Source: a virus (Duplodnaviria > Caudoviricetes). From it: a DNA stretch of 62,481 nucleotides. The notes below the pieces were generated by a model. That model ran no database searches. It worked only from the letters and a program-made list of their open reading frames with translations, and had not been told where the DNA came from. The stretch's first letter is position 1. The number at the start of each line of letters is the position of its first letter. The stretch lies in the IMG/VR virus record IMGVR_UViG_3300030103_001665, positions 1 to 62,481 of that record. One strand, given 5' to 3'. Shown piece by piece: positions 29,441 to 37,192 of the stretch. The translations under genes and the position numbers were made by a program.

Positions 29441-29611
29441 GGTTATCTATTATATAATACCTTACTCCTATCTAGATATTATACGTAGTATAATATCATT
29501 AAGGGGGAGATATATTCGGTACCTCACATATCTAATGTACTGGTACCCTTGACTTTTTAGAAAGCTGCTTACATATAGAGAAGTAGGGCGTTCCCCCTCC
29601 ACTTTTTTTTT
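29441..29611 (+). ncRNA. Candidate structured non-coding RNA or cis element
   Basis: No ORF. Perfect 10-bp hairpin 29475-29497; GGTACC/GGTACC stem 29518-29547; AGGGGGAG (29502-09) complementary to TTCCCCCT (29591-98); ends in T9. Confidence 0.4.
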
Positions 29612-29728
29612 GTCATTTTGTCATAAAACTCATTTTATTTCACATACGGGCACTATTTTAATGACATTTTGTCACTATATATACAACTTTTTTATATATT
29701 ACTAAAATACTTTTTAAGTTTTTTATAT

Positions 29729-29759
29729 CGAAAGTTAATACTAATATACTAAGATAATA
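29729..29759 (+). promoter_or_regulatory. Putative early promoter A1
   Basis: CGAAA-GT-TAATAC-TAATATACTAA-GATAATA. Confidence 0.8.
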
Positions 29760-29785
29760 TAAATGTAACAAATAAAAACTATACA

Positions 29786-29863
29786 ATGCAAACAACTAAT
29801 ATATCACATAACTATTATATAATTAACAATGATAATACTATTACTTATATTAGAGACTTATAG
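29786..29863 (+). CDS. Possible 25-aa peptide
   Basis: MQTTNISHNYYIINNDNTITYIRDL, directly after promoter A1 with an A-rich leader. Confidence 0.35.
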   Translation: MQTTNISHNYYIINNDNTITYIRDL

Positions 29864-29957
29864 TCTATGACATATTGTCACACTACTATGACATTAAGAC
29901 ATATAGTGCAATGACATCTTGACATATTAAACACATAAACAAACAAACACTTATAAT

Positions 29958-29988
29958 CGAAAGATAATACTAATAATACTAGATAATA
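29958..29988 (+). promoter_or_regulatory. Putative early promoter A2
   Basis: CGAAA-GA-TAATAC-TAATAATACTA-GATAATA. Confidence 0.8.
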
Positions 29989-30013
29989 TAATAAACAATT
30001 AATACTTAATACT

Positions 30014-30256
30014 ATGACTACAATTAACTCAAAGAGATTTGTAATAAGAAAATCTCTAATAAACAAAAACACAACTATTAATGTTGAATTCAAAAATGGT
30101 AAAACGTGCTCTTATAATCATGACGAGGTGTACAATATAATGAAAGATACACTTGAAAAATTACCTTGCTTCATAAAGTATAGCTCTTATACTTCATCAA
30201 CTAATGTACCAGTGATGGCAAGAGAGATAGTACAAATAATAAATCCAACTGTATAA
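30014..30256 (+). CDS. Early hypothetical protein
   Basis: 80 aa after promoter A2. Confidence 0.7.
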   Translation: MTTINSKRFVIRKSLINKNTTINVEFKNGKTCSYNHDEVYNIMKDTLEKLPCFIKYSSYTSSTNVPVMAREIVQIINPTV

Positions 30257-30477
30257 TGAGAATAATAAAATACATTAACCCTTGCTTTCCTGAGAAAGAT
30301 TGGTACAGGTGTAATATCAAGAATGAAACTTATTCATCTCCTCATAGAGAACAGGTTGAACTGTGGCGAGATGATAAGCTAATCAATGCTGATTACTATA
30401 AAGAACTAGAAGAATTAAACAATAAATCTATACAATATATGTATGATAACAACCACAATAATTGGACAGGAGATTAA
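30256..30477 (+). CDS. Early hypothetical protein
   Basis: 73 aa, TAATG-coupled. Confidence 0.65.
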   Translation: MRIIKYINPCFPEKDWYRCNIKNETYSSPHREQVELWRDDKLINADYYKELEELNNKSIQYMYDNNHNNWTGD

Positions 30478-30478
30478 T

Positions 30479-30592
30479 ATGACTATAATAAATAAATATA
30501 CAGGTAGAGATATATCTACAGAATACTTAGCTTTAATGACAGGTATTATAACTAATGATGAATTTGAATTAATAACTTTAACAATTAAATAA
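30479..30592 (+). CDS. Early small protein (37 aa)
   Basis: Not in track; MTIINKYTGRDISTEYLALMTGIITNDEFELITLTIK fills the gap. Confidence 0.55.
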   Translation: MTIINKYTGRDISTEYLALMTGIITNDEFELITLTIK

Positions 30593-30600
30593 AGAATATT

Positions 30601-30631
30601 CGAAACATAATACAAATAAAGTAGGATAATA
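30601..30631 (+). promoter_or_regulatory. Putative early promoter A3
   Basis: CGAAA-CA-TAATAC-AAATAAAGTAG-GATAATA. Confidence 0.8.
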
Positions 30632-30646
30632 TAATAAATAACAAAT

Positions 30647-30859
30647 ATGAATACAATTAAATTTACATCTAAAACAACTTGCCGCTTAAATGGTATTGAC
30701 TACAAAGGTTATACAGTTGGTGACTTACCCAACTCATTTGGCTTCAAAGAAAAATATCTTGGTCTTGATGAAGAAGGTAATGATCAATACAAATACGGTA
30801 AATCACAATGGTTTAAGTATAAAGGTTTAACATTTATAGAAGCTCCATTAAAATGGTAG
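30647..30859 (+). CDS. Early hypothetical protein
   Basis: 70 aa after promoter A3. Confidence 0.7.
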   Translation: MNTIKFTSKTTCRLNGIDYKGYTVGDLPNSFGFKEKYLGLDEEGNDQYKYGKSQWFKYKGLTFIEAPLKW

Positions 30860-31044
30860 TTACTAATATGAAAGAATTATGCGAGTATGGTAGACAAAAG
30901 AAACTATCTCGTAAGCATAAACACTTAGAAATGATTAAAATCTATGGTGAGTGTAAAGGTATGGGAGACAAGAATTATAAATTACCGCAAAAATCTTCGT
31001 TCCCTAAACAATATAAAGCGGCTTATAATAAAATATGGAAATGA
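30853..31044 (+). CDS. Early hypothetical basic protein
   Basis: 63 aa, overlapping both neighbours. Confidence 0.6.
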   Translation: MVVTNMKELCEYGRQKKLSRKHKHLEMIKIYGECKGMGDKNYKLPQKSSFPKQYKAAYNKIWK

Positions 31045-31289
31045 AAATAAATAAAAATCTAAAAAGAGTCTTAGTCACTTTAGCTCTTATAACTGTAGGA
31101 TTTACTGCAGGTAAACAACAAGGTGAGCAAACTATATTAGATAGATGGGAAAATAGATGGTTTGAATCTGAATGGTATGACATTAGATCAATAGAAGAAT
31201 TCCTGTATGATATTGATTACTCTATAGAACTTGGAAGTAAAGTAGCAGTTGTAAATGGGAATAATCGAAACGTAATACGAATCAAGTAA
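31035..31289 (+). CDS. Early protein with N-terminal membrane anchor or signal
   Basis: KRVLVTLALITVGFTAG hydrophobic stretch. Confidence 0.6.
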   Translation: MEMKINKNLKRVLVTLALITVGFTAGKQQGEQTILDRWENRWFESEWYDIRSIEEFLYDIDYSIELGSKVAVVNGNNRNVIRIK

Positions 31290-31296
31290 GATAATA
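31266..31296 (+). promoter_or_regulatory. Putative early promoter A4
   Basis: CGAAA-CG-TAATAC-GAATCAAGTAA-GATAATA. Confidence 0.8.
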
Positions 31297-31313
31297 TAAT
31301 AAACAAACAAAAT

Positions 31314-31502
31314 ATGTATTGTAAATGTGGAACTCTTGTGCACCCAGTGCGATTAGAATTAGGTTATAAAAATTGTGTTAGTTGTAGTAATACGGAAACT
31401 TACTCATACGTGCCTATTATCACCCATAAAACTGGTAATACTATACAAATAGTATCGCAAGCAGTTTCCGCATCAGTACATAAAGCGTGGAGGCGTAAAT
31501 AA
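31314..31502 (+). CDS. C4 zinc-finger protein (DksA/TraR-like finger)
   Basis: CKCG...VRLELGYKNCVSC. Confidence 0.6.
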   Translation: MYCKCGTLVHPVRLELGYKNCVSCSNTETYSYVPIITHKTGNTIQIVSQAVSASVHKAWRRK

Positions 31503-31503
31503 T

Positions 31504-31617
31504 ATGAGATATAATTTTAAATCATCACAAGATGAAGCGTTACATTTCTTACATCTTAGAATAAAAAAATTAGTAGAGGAAAATAAAAAATTAAAAGAAA
31601 AATTAAATGGACAGTAA
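31504..31617 (+). CDS. Early small coiled-coil protein (37 aa)
   Basis: Not in track; MRYNFKSSQDEALHFLHLRIKKLVEENKKLKEKLNGQ. Confidence 0.55.
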   Translation: MRYNFKSSQDEALHFLHLRIKKLVEENKKLKEKLNGQ

Positions 31618-31795
31618 AAAAGCATATGAGATTATGAAAGAAGAGTATATAAATAAAGAAGCATTAGAACTTTGTAATCAAATAGAAAGACAACTAGAAA
31701 GAATAGTATCTTATGATGACGGGTTTTTAAATGATAAAACTTTTAATGAAATTAAAACACACGCCATAAAATTATTAAAAGAATGGCACTTGTAA
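31607..31795 (+). CDS. Early hypothetical protein
   Basis: 62 aa. Confidence 0.6.
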   Translation: MDSKKAYEIMKEEYINKEALELCNQIERQLERIVSYDDGFLNDKTFNEIKTHAIKLLKEWHL

Positions 31796-31886
31796 TCTAG
31801 TAGACGAGTAGGTTAATTAGCGTTGTCCTATAAAGCATTTGCATATACGAGACAACACATAACTGAATTGCTAAATAGATTACTGA

Positions 31887-31990
31887 TAACTAGGTATGGG
31901 AATAATAGTATTGGTGAGGGATCGTTATGAACTCAATACAATTATAACTACTGACGAGTATTGAGGTTCGATTCCTCAACTAGTTACTAA
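31887..31990 (+). ncRNA. tRNA-like element (T-arm plus acceptor-like stem, no canonical D/anticodon arms)
   Basis: TTGAGG-TTCGATT-CCTCAA at 31961-79; TAACTAG (31887-93) pairs with CTAGTTA (31980-86). Confidence 0.4.
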
Positions 31991-31991
31991 A

Positions 31992-32077
31992 TACCGACTA
32001 CCTAACAGGTAAATCGACAACTTGGCTTCCTTGAGGTATCAGTTGTACAAAGCCAGTCGTAGTGAAAGTGGTCGGTA
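31992..32077 (+). ncRNA. Candidate structured RNA
   Basis: 10-bp closing stem TACCGACTAC/GTGGTCGGTA; inner CGAC/GTCG and TGGCTT/AAGCCA; alternative ACAACT/AGTTGT. Confidence 0.45.
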
Positions 32078-32102
32078 AAATATTATGTGACAAAATGTCA
32101 CG

Positions 32103-32133
32103 CGAAACATAATACGAATAAAGAAAGATAATA
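32103..32133 (+). promoter_or_regulatory. Putative early promoter A5
   Basis: CGAAA-CA-TAATAC-GAATAAAGAAA-GATAATA, preceded by a TGACAaaaTGTCA box at 32088-32100. Confidence 0.8.
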
Positions 32134-32138
32134 ATAAT

Positions 32139-32372
32139 ATGAAACAAAAAACAATTTACGACTCATTATTACCTAACATTAAATCAAATTTTAAAGTTAG
32201 TGTTAGAAAATACGATACAGCTAAAAGACTAAAGTATGTTCTCATGTCTAAGTCTCTTTGGTATCAACTAACTATTGATGAACTAAGAGAATTAATAACT
32301 TATGCTGATATACAAGTATCTAACCTAGATAAATATAGTTTTATGTACGGTGATAATATAATAAAAAATTAA
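32139..32372 (+). CDS. Early hypothetical protein
   Basis: 77 aa; ATG 5 nt after promoter A5, possibly leaderless. Confidence 0.65.
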   Translation: MKQKTIYDSLLPNIKSNFKVSVRKYDTAKRLKYVLMSKSLWYQLTIDELRELITYADIQVSNLDKYSFMYGDNIIKN

Positions 32373-32373
32373 T

Positions 32374-32631
32374 ATGAAACAAACTGATAACACTTTACCG
32401 AACTGGTTTGAAGGTACGGTATATGACGAAGGAGATAATATAACAAATCCTTTTACTGGTGAATCTTATTATTTAAATGCAGGAGAAACATCTATGTACG
32501 ATTTAATTATGGGAATTAATTATGTTGGTGATCATAGAGGGTGGGACGATGAAATGATTGAGCTGCATCAAAAAGCTTTATCTTGGTTTAGAAAAGTAAA
32601 CCCGCAAGCTTATATGGTATTATTAGATTAA
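32374..32631 (+). CDS. Early hypothetical protein
   Basis: 85 aa; NPFTGE and WFRKVNPQAYMVLLD motifs. Confidence 0.7.
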   Translation: MKQTDNTLPNWFEGTVYDEGDNITNPFTGESYYLNAGETSMYDLIMGINYVGDHRGWDDEMIELHQKALSWFRKVNPQAYMVLLD

Positions 32632-32641
32632 AATTAAAATT

Positions 32642-33121
32642 ATGGCAACAAGAAACTTAGTAATGGTCGTAGACCGAAAACACAGTAGTAATTATCCACA
32701 AGGATTTAGCGTACATCCTGATATAGTAATGAAACATAGCTATGTTAACATGTATCAACACCATGACGGTTATCCTCAATGGCAAGGAGTACAAATAGCT
32801 AATTGGTTACTCGCAATGAATAATGGATGCCAAGATGGTAGTAGATTAGCCGCTAAATTTATACATGATATGTATTATGATAGTTGTTACTTATATAATA
32901 GTCCTGATGCAATAGATCACGAGTATAGATATATTATATGGTCAGGTAATAAAGATAAAATTCATGTAAGTTGTTGGAATATGTATAAAGGAGAGATTGT
33001 GTTTGTATTAACACCTGAAAAAATTATATCTAAATATATGGACGATATGGAATATACTGATTTTGCTAATGGTGAAATTAGGATGGGTAGAGTATGTAAA
33101 TGTACCTCAGACAATACATAG
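32642..33121 (+). CDS. Conserved phage hypothetical protein (MATR...YxHxDGYP type)
   Basis: MATRNLV...YQHHDGYPQWQG...EYRYII. Confidence 0.7.
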   Translation: MATRNLVMVVDRKHSSNYPQGFSVHPDIVMKHSYVNMYQHHDGYPQWQGVQIANWLLAMNNGCQDGSRLAAKFIHDMYYDSCYLYNSPDAIDHEYRYIIWSGNKDKIHVSCWNMYKGEIVFVLTPEKIISKYMDDMEYTDFANGEIRMGRVCKCTSDNT

Positions 33122-33186
33122 ATAAATATTTCATATTTATAATGAATATAATTATATAATCACATGTTTAAAACAAGAATTACAAT

Positions 33187-33217
33187 CGAAAATTAATACG
33201 AAAAAAGACAGATAATA
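33187..33217 (+). promoter_or_regulatory. Putative early promoter A6
   Basis: CGAAA-AT-TAATAC-GAAAAAAGACA-GATAATA; its last base overlaps the ATG at 33217. Confidence 0.75.
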
Positions 33218-33459
33218 TGACTGATGAACAAATTGAACAATTAGCTCAACGTGTAGCAAAATTAATAATTAATAATTTACACGAAGGATTAATTAGTGGA
33301 TTAAATGAATGGGAACCAGATGAAGAAGAAGATCTATTAGCTGAATTAGCTAAATGCATGACTTTGTTAGATAAGTATTTAAAAGCAGAGCAATATGAAA
33401 AATGCGAAATAATTAAAAATAAAATAAAAACAATAGAAAATAAACTTAGAAGATTATGA
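33217..33459 (+). CDS. Hypothetical protein with UVR-like C-terminal coiled coil
   Basis: LDKYLKAEQYEKCEIIKNKI resembles the UvrB/UvrC motif. Confidence 0.55.
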   Translation: MTDEQIEQLAQRVAKLIINNLHEGLISGLNEWEPDEEEDLLAELAKCMTLLDKYLKAEQYEKCEIIKNKIKTIENKLRRL

Positions 33460-34292
33460 TGAAACCAATGTTAGCACACAAGTTTGATATTAAAAGAGTT
33501 GATTACTCTGAACCTGTGTATATTCAACCTAAACTAGACGGCGTCCGTTGTCTATTTACTAAAGATGGTGCTTTTTCTCGCACCGGTAAACAATTTATGA
33601 ATGTAGCTCATATTCATGCAGAGCTTATACCATTTTTTCAACAACAACCAGACGTTGTACTTGATGGTGAATTATACAATCATAAATTAAAAAATGATTT
33701 TGAAAAAATTATATCATTAGTACGTAAACAAAAACCTACAGCTGATGATAGATTAGAAGCTAGACAACTTGTACAGTTTCACGTGTATGATTATTTTGAT
33801 GGTGTTATGTATGATAATTATGAACAACGCATGAATCAACTAAACTGTGTTAATTTTTATGGTAAAAGTATAAAATATGTACCATCTTACAAAGTAAACA
33901 AACATGAAGAAGCTCTTAATATGCATCATGATGGTTTTCTAGCTGATGGTTATGAAGGTTCAATACTAAGACTAAATGGTTTATATAAACACGGTAGATC
34001 TTATGATCTTATGAAATTTAAAGACTTCAGCGATACTGAAGCAACTATTATAGGTTATGAAACAGGTAAAGGTAAACGCGAAGGTACTATTGGTAAATTC
34101 TTAATGCAAGATGATGAAGGTGTTAAGTTCGGTTGTCCTCCAGGTAAAGGCTACAACTACAAAGACCTAGCTAATATACTTGATAACATTGGCGATTATA
34201 TTGGCAAACGTGCTACCTTTACTTATTTCCAACGAACACAAGCAGGTTCATACAGACACCCGCTATTTAAATGTATTAGAAATTATGAATAA
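33456..34292 (+). CDS. ATP-dependent DNA ligase
   Basis: QPKLDGVR, VLDGELY, FHVYDY, EGSILR and LMKFKD motifs, plus OB-fold C-terminus. Confidence 0.92.
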   Translation: MMKPMLAHKFDIKRVDYSEPVYIQPKLDGVRCLFTKDGAFSRTGKQFMNVAHIHAELIPFFQQQPDVVLDGELYNHKLKNDFEKIISLVRKQKPTADDRLEARQLVQFHVYDYFDGVMYDNYEQRMNQLNCVNFYGKSIKYVPSYKVNKHEEALNMHHDGFLADGYEGSILRLNGLYKHGRSYDLMKFKDFSDTEATIIGYETGKGKREGTIGKFLMQDDEGVKFGCPPGKGYNYKDLANILDNIGDYIGKRATFTYFQRTQAGSYRHPLFKCIRNYE

Positions 34293-34395
34293 ATTAATAT
34301 GGCAATTATACAACGACAATATGATAAGCGAAGAGGTAGCAAACCTCTTATTAGACAAACATTATAATAGACTAAATCACAAACGATATAGATGA
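34285..34395 (+). CDS. Small hypothetical protein (36 aa)
   Basis: MNKLIWQLYNDNMISEEVANLLLDKHYNRLNHKRYR; shorter start within track ORF 34180..34395. Confidence 0.55.
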   Translation: MNKLIWQLYNDNMISEEVANLLLDKHYNRLNHKRYR

Positions 34396-34904
34396 ATATA
34401 TTTTATTTACATTCTGACCCAGTTAAAGCTGCAAATATACAATACAATAAACATGTAGTTAAAATGATCTTAGAATCAGCTCAAATGCTTTGTACAGCTC
34501 ATCATCATTATGCTGAATTGTTAAATTATGATGCAGATTATATACCTTATAAAAAAGCACATTATAATCATCCGTCAACAATATGGACTAGACAAAACAG
34601 TAGACAATACTATTGGCTTTTTCATCATATGTTGGCTCTTGGTAATGAGTACACTAAACGTTATGGTAAGAAACATCTTAGTATAACAAAGTGTTTTGAT
34701 GCTCTTAAAAATTGTCCTGTAGGTATGCCTTTAGGCGGTGAGTTTAACGAACCACCTCAAGCTATGCCTGATGAGTACAAAGTTCCAGGTTGTAGCATCA
34801 CAGCTTATTGGAATTATTATGAAGGTGAAAAATATTTAGTAGCAGGAGCTACAGAAGAATTAATAACAAGAAATAAACTATATGACACGAAGAAAATTAT
34901 ATGA
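34392..34904 (+). CDS. Pyrimidine-dimer DNA glycosylase/endonuclease V family protein
   Basis: MNIFYL...KHVVKMILESAQML...HYNHPSTIW...EYTKRYGKKH. Confidence 0.8.
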   Translation: MNIFYLHSDPVKAANIQYNKHVVKMILESAQMLCTAHHHYAELLNYDADYIPYKKAHYNHPSTIWTRQNSRQYYWLFHHMLALGNEYTKRYGKKHLSITKCFDALKNCPVGMPLGGEFNEPPQAMPDEYKVPGCSITAYWNYYEGEKYLVAGATEELITRNKLYDTKKII

Positions 34905-34983
34905 ACACTTAATGAGTACCAATATTTTTGGTATAAAAGATAAAATAAAACAATTTAAAAAAGCAAAAAAGAGGAAAAAATGA
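34882..34983 (+). CDS. Small basic protein (33 aa)
   Basis: MTRRKLYEHLMSTNIFGIKDKIKQFKKAKKRKK; its TGA overlaps the sigma ATG. Confidence 0.5.
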   Translation: MTRRKLYEHLMSTNIFGIKDKIKQFKKAKKRKK

Positions 34984-35723
34984 AAAAATATAATATACAA
35001 AATTATATTCGATATAAAGAAGATTTAAAAGAATCTATACCAATTGACAAGCTTTATAAAGAATATAGTAGAAACCAACTTATAGTTAAATTTTTACCTT
35101 TAGTAGAAACTATGGCTAGAAAATTTTCAACTAGTCAACAAGCTTCTGGTATTTTAACAATCATGGATTTAATACAAATAGGTAGTTTAGGATTAACTAA
35201 AGCTGTTGACAAATTAGATTGGGATAAACTAGAAGAATCAGAAGATATAGAAAAAACATTAAAATCTTTTTTTAGTAAAAGAATTAAAGGTGCTATACGT
35301 AGACAAATTGACCAATTAAGAGGCAACATAAGAATACCAGAGCATAAACTTAATGAAATTAGAAATAGTAAAGATAAAAAAATGGTAGCAATGTTTTTTA
35401 ATTCTATATTTTTAAGTATTGACGTAAAAGTAAATGATGAAGATTTATTTAATCAAATACCTGATAAATCAGAACCATATAACATACCATTAATGAATGC
35501 TTATTTAAAAAGTTTAATGAGTAAACATCTTAGTGATTCACAATATGAAGTATTAAGATTATCTTATGGACTTGATTGTGATAAGTATTCAGCAAAAGAA
35601 ATTGCTGCAGAACTTAAGCTTGAAGGAAGCGGTAGTTATGTAAGAGTTTCTGAGCTAAAAAAACAAGCCGTACAGACTTTAATAGATAATGTAGATCACT
35701 CGCAAGTGCTTGACTATCTATAA
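34980..35723 (+). CDS. RNA polymerase sigma-70-family factor
   Basis: Region 2 LPLVETMARKF...DLIQIGSLGLTKAVDK...RIKGAIRR, NIRIPEH, and region 4 VLRLSYGL...SAKEIA...RVSELKKQA. Confidence 0.9.
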   Translation: MKKYNIQNYIRYKEDLKESIPIDKLYKEYSRNQLIVKFLPLVETMARKFSTSQQASGILTIMDLIQIGSLGLTKAVDKLDWDKLEESEDIEKTLKSFFSKRIKGAIRRQIDQLRGNIRIPEHKLNEIRNSKDKKMVAMFFNSIFLSIDVKVNDEDLFNQIPDKSEPYNIPLMNAYLKSLMSKHLSDSQYEVLRLSYGLDCDKYSAKEIAAELKLEGSGSYVRVSELKKQAVQTLIDNVDHSQVLDYL

Positions 35724-35732
35724 GTTAGATAT

Positions 35733-35760
35733 GTAAATTAAACTAATAACATGTAATTAT
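35733..35760 (+). promoter_or_regulatory. Putative class B (middle/late) promoter for the replication operon
   Basis: GTAA-ATTAAACTAAT-AAC-ATGTAATTAT, directly after the sigma gene. Confidence 0.65.
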
Positions 35761-35766
35761 ATTAAT

Positions 35767-36279
35767 ATGACCATTAACGAAAAATTATCAACAATTCAGA
35801 CAAAGTTTAAATCGAAAAAAAGTAGATTTAACTCATTCGGTAAATATTACTTCCGGTCAGCCGAAGACATTCTCGAAGCAACAAAACCCTACTTATTAGA
35901 GTTAGGAGTATCAGTAGTAATTAATGAAGAACTTATTCCAAATGAATATGTTACTGTATTAAAAACAACTGCAACTATAACTGATGGTAAAGAAACAATT
36001 AATGCAACAGCAATAGTTGGGGTAGATCTAGAACAAAAAGGTATGCAAATGCCTCAGCGTTTTGGTTCCGCATCGAGCTATGGGAAGAAATATGCATTAG
36101 GAAATTTATTCCTAATTGACGATACTAAAGATAGTGATGCTACTAATACACACGGAAAAGATAAACTTAAAGACATTAACAAAGCTAAAAGTTATATTCA
36201 ATCTGGAGGTAAAATAGATGCTATTAAAAAGAAGTATCAACTAACGCCTGATCAAGAACAGGCACTTAAAACACTTTAA
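35767..36279 (+). CDS. ERF-family ssDNA-annealing protein
   Basis: FNSFGKYYFRSAEDILEA...GSASSYGKKYALGNLFLIDDTKDSDA. Confidence 0.85.
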   Translation: MTINEKLSTIQTKFKSKKSRFNSFGKYYFRSAEDILEATKPYLLELGVSVVINEELIPNEYVTVLKTTATITDGKETINATAIVGVDLEQKGMQMPQRFGSASSYGKKYALGNLFLIDDTKDSDATNTHGKDKLKDINKAKSYIQSGGKIDAIKKKYQLTPDQEQALKTL

Positions 36280-37010
36280 TGAAAAAAGAAGATGTAATTA
36301 AAAAGTTACGTAATGATGAAGATTACTATGGAAATTTTGGTAAAAAATATCTTAGTAATTCTGATATTAGTGCTTTACTTACAAATCCTTTAGCTTTAGG
36401 ACAGCAGCAAGCTCAGCGACCTGCATTTCTAGTTGGTGGATACTTTCATACCGCTATACTAGAACCAGATAAACTGAAAAAGTACAAGGTTATACCTTCG
36501 TCAACTAGAAACACTAAAGCTTATAAAGAGATGTCTGGTGGTGAACTATGTTTATTACAGCACGAAGTCGATGCAATAGAACTTATGACTGACAAAATGT
36601 TAGACAATACAGTTTGTAAAGCAATGATACGTGATGCTAATACAGAGTACGAACTACCAAGTATTAAAGAGATTGAGGGTGAAATGTGGAAAGGAAAAGC
36701 AGATATTGTAAATCACAATGAGAAGCTAGTCATTGATTTGAAAACGACAGCTGACATAACTAAATTTAAATGGTCTGCATCCAAATACAATTACGATTCT
36801 CAAGCTTATATTTATAGTGAGTTGTTTGGTTATGAGATGGTTTTTATTGTAATAGATAAAAATACTCATCAACTAGGCATCTTTGACTGCTCACCAGAAT
36901 TTTATGCAAAAGGTCAAGACAAAGTCCAACGAGCAGTGGAATCTTATAGATTATTTTATAAGAACGATAACTTTGACCCAAAGCAATATTTTATTAATAA
37001 AACCTTATAA
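36279..37010 (+). CDS. PD-(D/E)XK exonuclease (RecE/exonuclease VIII-like)
   Basis: LSNSDI, GGYFHTAILEP, KGKADIV, VIDLKTT, YDSQAYIY. Confidence 0.85.
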   Translation: MKKEDVIKKLRNDEDYYGNFGKKYLSNSDISALLTNPLALGQQQAQRPAFLVGGYFHTAILEPDKLKKYKVIPSSTRNTKAYKEMSGGELCLLQHEVDAIELMTDKMLDNTVCKAMIRDANTEYELPSIKEIEGEMWKGKADIVNHNEKLVIDLKTTADITKFKWSASKYNYDSQAYIYSELFGYEMVFIVIDKNTHQLGIFDCSPEFYAKGQDKVQRAVESYRLFYKNDNFDPKQYFINKTL

Positions 37011-37011
37011 C

Positions 37012-37191
37012 ATGGCAAGAACCAGAAAAAACCAAACAAAAGTTTGTAGCGTAACAGGATTAGAAACTAGTGTAAATAATTTTTACAATAATCAAACTCA
37101 TGTTAAAGCTGTAGACAATTTAAGAAGAACGACAGGGGCTACTAAAGAGCAATTGTCAAGAATGTTTAACCAAATTAATCAATACGTATAA
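37012..37191 (+). CDS. Hypothetical protein (59 aa)
   Basis: MARTRKNQTKVCSVTG...; shorter start within track ORF 36883..37191. Confidence 0.6.
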   Translation: MARTRKNQTKVCSVTGLETSVNNFYNNQTHVKAVDNLRRTTGATKEQLSRMFNQINQYV

Positions 37192-37192
37192 T

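Larger units (their letters stand above)
29611..29924. repeat. Cluster of five TGWCA-N3-WGWCA boxes (sixth at 32088-32100)
   Basis: 29611 TGTCAtttTGTCA; 29662 TGACAtttTGTCA; 29868 TGACAtatTGTCA; 29889 TGACAttaAGACA; 29912 TGACAtctTGACA. Confidence 0.75.

Noticed and set aside
31887-31990. Canonical tRNA or tmRNA
   Set aside because: No D-arm or anticodon arm of normal geometry, no alanine-type acceptor, no tag ORF.
31951-32070. Hammerhead ribozyme (CTGACGA ... GAAA)
   Set aside because: I could not place stems I-III around the two core segments.
29729-33217. Repeated motifs as a CRISPR array
   Set aside because: Copies are hundreds of bp apart, separated by ORFs, and have variable internal spacers; no cas genes.
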